Positions 49,230 to 54,465 of a stretch of DNA of 54,465 nt are shown here, one piece after another (position 1 is the stretch's first letter; each line of letters opens with the position of its first letter). The notes under the pieces are model-generated. The model worked only from the letters and a program-made list of their open reading frames with translations, did no database searches and was not told where the DNA came from. This DNA comes from Salinarchaeum sp. (GTDB taxonomy: Archaea; Halobacteriota; Halobacteria; Halobacteriales; SKNY01), in NCBI GenBank assembly GCA_007123105.1, contig SKNY01000013.1, positions 1-54,465 of the forward strand. The letters are read 5' to 3'. The translations under genes and the position numbers were made by a program.

Positions 49230-50285
49230 TTAGCGGATACTTTCGTACGGAATGCGAATGTCGTATGCGCCCGGGTATTCGACGGGAAGATCACCGTTTT
49301 CGATCATCAGCTCTAAGGGATTTGCGCGGGTGGTCAGTGGTGCCTTTACGACGCCGCGGATTCGAAGCGATTCGTAAATACTCATCATGAGTTCGACGGT
49401 CCCGATCGCGTGATGGCCCGCACATCGGTGGTCGTCAAGCTCGCCCTCCATCCATGCAATGAGGTCGGTCACGTGCGGGTCGCTGCTTTCACGACCGGAC
49501 GGTTCCTCGACGCGGTGGCCGTCCGCGTTCAACACCGTGAGGCCATCGCGCGGGATCAGTTGCCCTTCGGAGCCGAATATCTGCAGCGAGTTCGCATAGC
49601 TTGCGGTGTCCGGTCCGGGGAGGTCGCATTCGAACGCGAGGCGCGCTCCGTTTTCGAAGGCAACCTGGGCGGCACACCGATCCTCAATGGGCTCGCGGCG
49701 CTCGTGTCGATCGGTTTTCCGTTCGACCTGGCCAATGGTCCAGGCGATGTCGGGATCGCCGAGCACGTATTGAGCCTGATTGATGAGGTGCGTTCCCCAG
49801 TTCAACAGGCCAGCGTCTGTTCGGGCAAGTAGCACGCGAGGTGTGCCGATCGCACCCTCGGCAATCAATTCCCGTGCCCTGACGTTTTCTGGACGATAGC
49901 GCCGGCCGTGTTTGACCGTGAGCTTTGCGTCGTTGCGGTCGGCGGCATCCACCATGTCCTCTGCCTCCCCCAGGCTCGTACACATCGGCTTCTCACAGAT
50001 GATCCCGGGAACCCCCGCTTCCGCCACGTCGATCGTGATGGCCGCGTGTGTTCCGTGCCAGGTCGAGACTTGCACGATATCGAGGTCCTCGGTGGCAAGC
50101 ATCGCCTCATGTCCCTCGTAATGGGTGGGGACATCGAAATCCGCAGCGGCTTGTTCGGCTGCCGTGGGATTGATGTCCGATACGGCGACGAGGTCGATGT
50201 CCGGGTGTTCGACGAATCCAGTGGCCCGACGCCGGCCGATTTCGCCACATCCGATGAGGCCGACGCGGTATGTTTCTGATGGCAT
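49230..50285 (-). CDS. Gfo/Idh/MocA family oxidoreductase
   Basis: VGLIGCGEIG, CEKPMC, LLNWGTH. Confidence 0.9.
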   Translation of the reverse strand: MPSETYRVGLIGCGEIGRRRATGFVEHPDIDLVAVSDINPTAAEQAAADFDVPTHYEGHEAMLATEDLDIVQVSTWHGTHAAITIDVAEAGVPGIICEKPMCTSLGEAEDMVDAADRNDAKLTVKHGRRYRPENVRARELIAEGAIGTPRVLLARTDAGLLNWGTHLINQAQYVLGDPDIAWTIGQVERKTDRHERREPIEDRCAAQVAFENGARLAFECDLPGPDTASYANSLQIFGSEGQLIPRDGLTVLNADGHRVEEPSGRESSDPHVTDLIAWMEGELDDHRCAGHHAIGTVELMMSIYESLRIRGVVKAPLTTRANPLELMIENGDLPVEYPGAYDIRIPYESIR

Positions 50286-50489
50286 CCTCGCAGGTGGCGT
50301 GGGAACGAGCCACAAAAACGTTTGTCCAAACGGCAGATCGAAAACCTGCTGTCTATTTACCACTTTGTCATTCTGATTTCCTTCATGGATTCTGATTTAT
50401 TCTTGGGATGAGATACCGAATTGGAATAAGCTATTCGCAATCCCACCACTACCCCATACTATAACACCGGATTCTGCTGGTGGATTAAT

Positions 50490-50508
50490 GTCTAGTAACA
50501 AACTAGAT
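50490..50508 (+). promoter_or_regulatory. Inverted-repeat putative operator upstream of SBP gene 1
   Basis: GTCTAGT-AACAA-ACTAGAT, starting 72 nt before ATG 50562; equivalent motif at the same distance before SBP gene 2. Confidence 0.6.
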
Positions 50509-50525
50509 ATGTCCTATTAATGAAG

Positions 50526-50561
50526 AAAAATCTTATTTATTCAATATAATTATTGTTCCCT
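50526..50561 (+). promoter_or_regulatory. BRE/TATA-like promoter, probably leaderless, of SBP gene 1
   Basis: AAAAATCTTATTTATTCAATATAATTATTGTT directly before the ATG; last 18 nt shared with the SBP gene 2 promoter. Confidence 0.6.
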
Positions 50562-52580
50562 ATGCCACGAGACGGCATCCGGGCGGAGTTGAACCGACGA
50601 CGATTCGTGCAAGCGACTGGACTCGGTGGCGTGGCCATTGCCGCCGGTTGTCTGGGTGATGATGAGATCGATCCAGATGATGTCGATGATGTCGACGACG
50701 TCGACGATGTTGACGACGCAGACGAAGTAGACGACGCCGATGATACGGATGTCGTGGATGATGTCGACGATGTCGACGATGTTGACGACGCGGTGCCAGA
50801 AATCCACGAGCTCCACGACGCTACCGTCCAATGGACAGTGAGTGGCGACCATCCGGCTGACCGTCAAGACAGCCCGTATTCGAGTTCTCCCTCGATCGAA
50901 CACAACGCATTTGGGACCGAGAATTGGAATTTGCTCGCGTCTTCGGTCTACGACCTGGAATTTTATGGCCAACTCGTATCGGATTGGGAATACCAACCGG
51001 GACTGCTCGAGTTCTCCTTTCATGATGACTTTTATTGGTGGAGCGGTGACCAGGTCACCGTTGAAGACTTTATCGTAGAGCGAGAGTTCCTCGATTATCA
51101 CTGGGGCGGGGAGGAGCTTGAGTCATGGGCCGAAGTGGTTACCTACGAACAGGTAGATGATAACAGGGTCCGGCTTGCGCTAGCAGACGCATGGCACGAA
51201 CGATGGGCGCTCAGCGAAACCATCGACAATTATCAACTGAACGCAAGTCGCCACTTCCATCAACCGTATATCGAAGAGTTCGAGGATGCCCCAGATCTTG
51301 CTGCGATTGAAGATCTTCGTGAAGAGATCGGAGACGAATTTCTCCGTGACGACGAAACCCTGGTTCACTGTTGGAACACGGACTGGGAATTCCGCTACGA
51401 TGGATCGATTGGCGAAGTCGGAGAGGATTACTACGAATTCGAAATGGTGCAGACCAAGAACGGGAACATCAGACACTTCCAGAATCCAGAGAATCACGAT
51501 ATCCTTCCAAATGTTGAACGTTTCCAGCTGTTAATCCGGGAGGAAGCTGGTGAGGTTCGGATGGACGGTTTTATGGAGGAAACCCACGCCTTCGCGTACG
51601 GGGAGAGCAATCCCGAGGCCGTCGAGATGCATCGCGATGGACAATTCGACTTCCCAACGGATCTCTTGATCTTCCCACGCCCGCCGAATGACCAGGGCGG
51701 GATGCAGTTCAATCACGAGACGCATCCGGGCGATGATCCGAATTTCCGACGGGCGATGGCATATCTCACCGACCATACTGCTTGGGACGGCCATCCCGAT
51801 GCCATCGCCGCCGAACGCATCCACACGTTCCTCTCGGAAGACGAACTCGAGGCGTTCGTCAGCGCGGACGTGATCGACGCATTCACCGATTACACCTATG
51901 ACGAGATGCGCTTCGACGAAGCGGAGGACGAACTCGTCGCGGGCGGATTCGAACAGGACGCGGACGGGCACTGGTTGATGCGTGAAGATGGCGCAGAGGG
52001 CGATGCCGGCGAACCGATGGACTTCACCGTCGATATTCGCGGCTTCATGATGTACGTCCTCGACCAAGCCACGGACTTTTGGGCGGACCTCGAAGGATTC
52101 GGCATCCAAAACGAGGTTGTTGGCGCAGATTTCGCGGCGGAGGATTGGACGTTTACGTATACCTACACTGGCGGCGGCAGCCCGGACCATGCGTTTAATC
52201 ACGTGTTCAACGACTTGGCGCCTGGATGGTCCCGGCGCGAGCAGAACATCCCCTCCACCGTACTCGCACCGGAGTTCGGTGATACGAACGATGCGGGGGC
52301 AGACATCGATACCTGGGTCGAATACGACGTCGGACCCATGGCCGATCGATTACCAGTGACGACGGATGCCGAACAATACCAGACGCTCGTCGATCAACTC
52401 GCTTGGGTCATTAACCAAGCGTGCAACCACTTCAGCACAGCACCTGTACAGCGCCACCACGTCCTCAATGATAACACGTGGCACTGGCCTGCCCTCTCTG
52501 AAACACCCGAGAGATACCACAACTTATTGATGGATCTCGGTCATCGCGTGATCCAGTACGTCCCCGAAGACGAGCGTTAA
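50562..52580 (+). CDS. Family-5 ABC solute-binding lipoprotein (Tat), paralog 1
   Basis: NRRRFVQ Tat motif, AAGC lipobox, Asp-rich linker, WWSGDQVTVED, FRRAMAY, LVDQLAWV.NQ; no permease adjacent. Confidence 0.85.
   Translation: MPRDGIRAELNRRRFVQATGLGGVAIAAGCLGDDEIDPDDVDDVDDVDDVDDADEVDDADDTDVVDDVDDVDDVDDAVPEIHELHDATVQWTVSGDHPADRQDSPYSSSPSIEHNAFGTENWNLLASSVYDLEFYGQLVSDWEYQPGLLEFSFHDDFYWWSGDQVTVEDFIVEREFLDYHWGGEELESWAEVVTYEQVDDNRVRLALADAWHERWALSETIDNYQLNASRHFHQPYIEEFEDAPDLAAIEDLREEIGDEFLRDDETLVHCWNTDWEFRYDGSIGEVGEDYYEFEMVQTKNGNIRHFQNPENHDILPNVERFQLLIREEAGEVRMDGFMEETHAFAYGESNPEAVEMHRDGQFDFPTDLLIFPRPPNDQGGMQFNHETHPGDDPNFRRAMAYLTDHTAWDGHPDAIAAERIHTFLSEDELEAFVSADVIDAFTDYTYDEMRFDEAEDELVAGGFEQDADGHWLMREDGAEGDAGEPMDFTVDIRGFMMYVLDQATDFWADLEGFGIQNEVVGADFAAEDWTFTYTYTGGGSPDHAFNHVFNDLAPGWSRREQNIPSTVLAPEFGDTNDAGADIDTWVEYDVGPMADRLPVTTDAEQYQTLVDQLAWVINQACNHFSTAPVQRHHVLNDNTWHWPALSETPERYHNLLMDLGHRVIQYVPEDER
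50655..50790 (+). repeat. Degenerate 9-nt tandem repeat encoding a (DDV)n acidic linker
   Basis: gatgatgtc/gacgatgtc units; protein DDVDDVDDVDDVDDADEVDDADDTDVVDDVDDVDDVDD. Confidence 0.85.
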
Positions 52581-52782
52581 TCCGACCCAACCCTCTTTTG
52601 CTTTGATATTGGCATCTATGATCTATGCCACCAATACTCTTTGAACAATCATTCATGGAACCGGAAGCAGTTTCCGATACTACTTCCTCGACGTTTTTTA
52701 CAATTCCAGAATCTATCCAAGATTACGACCATAAAAGACGAGAAGGTGCGTACTTTTTTGCTGATCCCCCGGCCGAACACTC

Positions 52783-52801
52783 GTCTAGGTAATGACTAAA
52801 C
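52783..52801 (+). promoter_or_regulatory. Inverted-repeat putative operator upstream of SBP gene 2
   Basis: GTCTAGG-TAATG-ACTAAAC, starting 72 nt before ATG 52855. Confidence 0.55.
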
Positions 52802-52854
52802 ATATCAGATTATCCTAAAAAAGTATTATTTAATCAATATAATTATTGTTCTCT

Positions 52855-54465
52855 ATGCCTCGAGATGGCATCCGGGCGGAGTTGAACCGACGACGATTCG
52901 TGCAAGCGACTGGACTCGGCGGCGTGGCCTTCGCTGCCGGTTGTTTGGGCGATGATGAGATCGATCCCGACGATGACGTTGCTGACACCGACGACATCGA
53001 CGACGTAGATGACGTAGATGACGTTGACGACACCGATGACGTCGACGACACCGATGACGTCGACGACACCGATGATGACGACACACTGGAATTACCCGAA
53101 GTACAAGATGTCACTGTCTGGTGGTCAAAAGAACACGACCTCCCACCGGATCTCCAGTACAATCCGTACGCCGACGGGCCCACGCCGGCGAAAAACTCGT
53201 TTGGAACCGGGAACTGGACGCTGATTCACCGGTCAGTTTCGGACATGGACATCCACCCACTTGTCGTCGATGACTGGAGCTACGAACCTGGGCTCCTCGA
53301 ATTTAGCTTTCACGACGATTTCTTTTGGTGGAGTGGAAAACCAATTGGCGTCGACGATCTGATGGGTGAATTCGAGTTTCGAGATTACTTGTGGGGCGGA
53401 GACGAGCTGGATAATTATGAGAGTATCGTGACACGGAATCTGGTTGACGATGATACAGTCCGGCTCGCCCTGGCAGACGCGTGGCACGAGGGATGGGCAC
53501 TCAATGAAACCATTCTTGAGTATTCCTTGACGGCGAGTAATGATTACTACGAACCGTGGAACGAGCAATTCCGAGACGCTCCGGACCTCGACGCTATCGA
53601 AGAGCTCAGGGAGGATGTCGATGCCGACGTGGTCAACTCAGACGAACGGCTCGTACACTTCTGGAATAACGATATGGAGTTCCGTCTCGACAACTCCCTC
53701 GGCGAAGTCGGCGAGGACTACTACATCTTTGAACTCGTTCAGACAAAGAACGGCATCCCCCGACATTTCCAGAATCCGCAAAACCACGACTTCCTCCCGG
53801 ATGTGAAATACTTCCGGTTGGAAATCCGCACCGAGGGTGTCGGTGAACTTCGAATGGATCAGTTCATGGCGGGGCGTGATGCCTTCCTCTATGGTGAGTC
53901 TAATCCAGAAGGGGTCGACATGCACCTCGATGGCGAGTTCGATTTCGATACGGAACTGATGATTTTCCCACGTCCCCCGAACGACCAGGGCGGCATGCAG
54001 TTCAATCACGAATCCCATCCGGGCGATGATCCGAACTTCCGACGCGCGATGGCCTATCTCACCGACCATACTGCTTGGGAGGGCCATCCAGATGCCATCG
54101 CCGCCGAACGCATCCACACGTTCCTCTCGGAAGACGAACTCGAGACGTTCGTCAGCGCGGACGTGATCGACGCATTTACCGATTACACCTATGACGAGAT
54201 GCGCTTCGACGAAGCCGAGGACGAACTCGTCGCGGGCGGATTCGAACAGGACGGGGACGGAAACTGGTTGATGCGTGAAGATGGCGCTGAAGGGGATGCC
54301 GGCGAACCGATGGACTTCACCATCGACACCCCGAGCTTCATGCCTTACGTCCTCGATCAGGCCACGGATTGGTGGGCGGATCTCGAGGGATTTGGCATCC
54401 AGAACGAGGTTATCCACGACGGCTTCGGCATCGAGGACTGGACGTTCACGTACTCCTATACTGGC
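52855..54465 (+). CDS. Family-5 ABC solute-binding lipoprotein (Tat), paralog 2; runs off the window end
   Basis: Not in the ORF track because it has no stop in the window: MPRDGIRAELNRRRFVQATGLGGVAFAAGCLGDDEIDPDDD...EPGLLEFSFHDDFFWWSG...FPRPPNDQGGMQFNHE; clear paralog of 50562-52580. Confidence 0.88.
   Translation, partial: MPRDGIRAELNRRRFVQATGLGGVAFAAGCLGDDEIDPDDDVADTDDIDDVDDVDDVDDTDDVDDTDDVDDTDDDDTLELPEVQDVTVWWSKEHDLPPDLQYNPYADGPTPAKNSFGTGNWTLIHRSVSDMDIHPLVVDDWSYEPGLLEFSFHDDFFWWSGKPIGVDDLMGEFEFRDYLWGGDELDNYESIVTRNLVDDDTVRLALADAWHEGWALNETILEYSLTASNDYYEPWNEQFRDAPDLDAIEELREDVDADVVNSDERLVHFWNNDMEFRLDNSLGEVGEDYYIFELVQTKNGIPRHFQNPQNHDFLPDVKYFRLEIRTEGVGELRMDQFMAGRDAFLYGESNPEGVDMHLDGEFDFDTELMIFPRPPNDQGGMQFNHESHPGDDPNFRRAMAYLTDHTAWEGHPDAIAAERIHTFLSEDELETFVSADVIDAFTDYTYDEMRFDEAEDELVAGGFEQDGDGNWLMREDGAEGDAGEPMDFTIDTPSFMPYVLDQATDWWADLEGFGIQNEVIHDGFGIEDWTFTYSYTG
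52950..53082 (+). repeat. 9/18-nt tandem repeat encoding a (DDV/DDT)n linker
   Basis: Repeated gacgacaccgatgacgtc units; protein DDIDDVDDVDDVDDTDDVDDTDDVDDTDDDD. Confidence 0.85.

Noticed and set aside
50290..50560. AT-rich intergenic region as a replication origin
   Set aside because: No ORB-like GTTCCA...GAAAC/G-string repeats and no orc1/cdc6 gene; better explained as a divergent promoter region.
52581..52854. AT-rich spacer as an sRNA, MITE or origin
   Set aside because: No terminal inverted repeats with target duplication and no stable structure seen; contains a T-rich terminator-like tract and the SBP gene 2 promoter.
50655..53082. Tandem repeats as a CRISPR array
   Set aside because: The 9/18-nt units have no spacers and lie in frame within coding linkers; no cas genes.

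Overview
High-GC haloarchaeal (class Halobacteria) chromosomal segment with acidic proteins, TATA-like boxes about 25 nt before many start codons, and Tat lipoproteins. Most of it (about 1-45.7 kb) is core genome: rlmE (partial), pcn, priL, hjc, ahcY with an adjacent MTA/SAH deaminase, hisG/hisA/hisB, tbp, trm11, pepF, pan, infB, SUI1, a MoxR-DUF58-transglutaminase triad, cofE, initiator tRNA-Met, a box C/D guide sRNA, a Dpp/Opp ABC operon, rpl44e-rps27e-aIF2a-nop10-PAC2, sepF, RNase R, aEF2 and rps7/rps12. Single accessory genes (redoxin, Gfo/Idh/MocA, PhyH dioxygenase, a degenerate proteasome-beta-like gene) are wedged between core genes. From 45.8 kb to the end is an accessory catabolic island: two TIM-barrel isomerase/lyase paralogs with an altered metal site, a variant creatininase-family amidase, two Gfo/Idh/MocA oxidoreductases, and a tandem pair of family-5 solute-binding lipoproteins with no permease beside them in this window. 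The two binding-protein genes share an inverted-repeat motif exactly 72 nt upstream of their ATGs. Best leads: this island and its putative operator, an apparently circularly permuted DppA, the unannotated C/D sRNA, and the proteasome-beta-like protein lacking Thr1. No CRISPR array, IS element or prophage was seen. All assignments come from motif recognition by eye; no searches were run.
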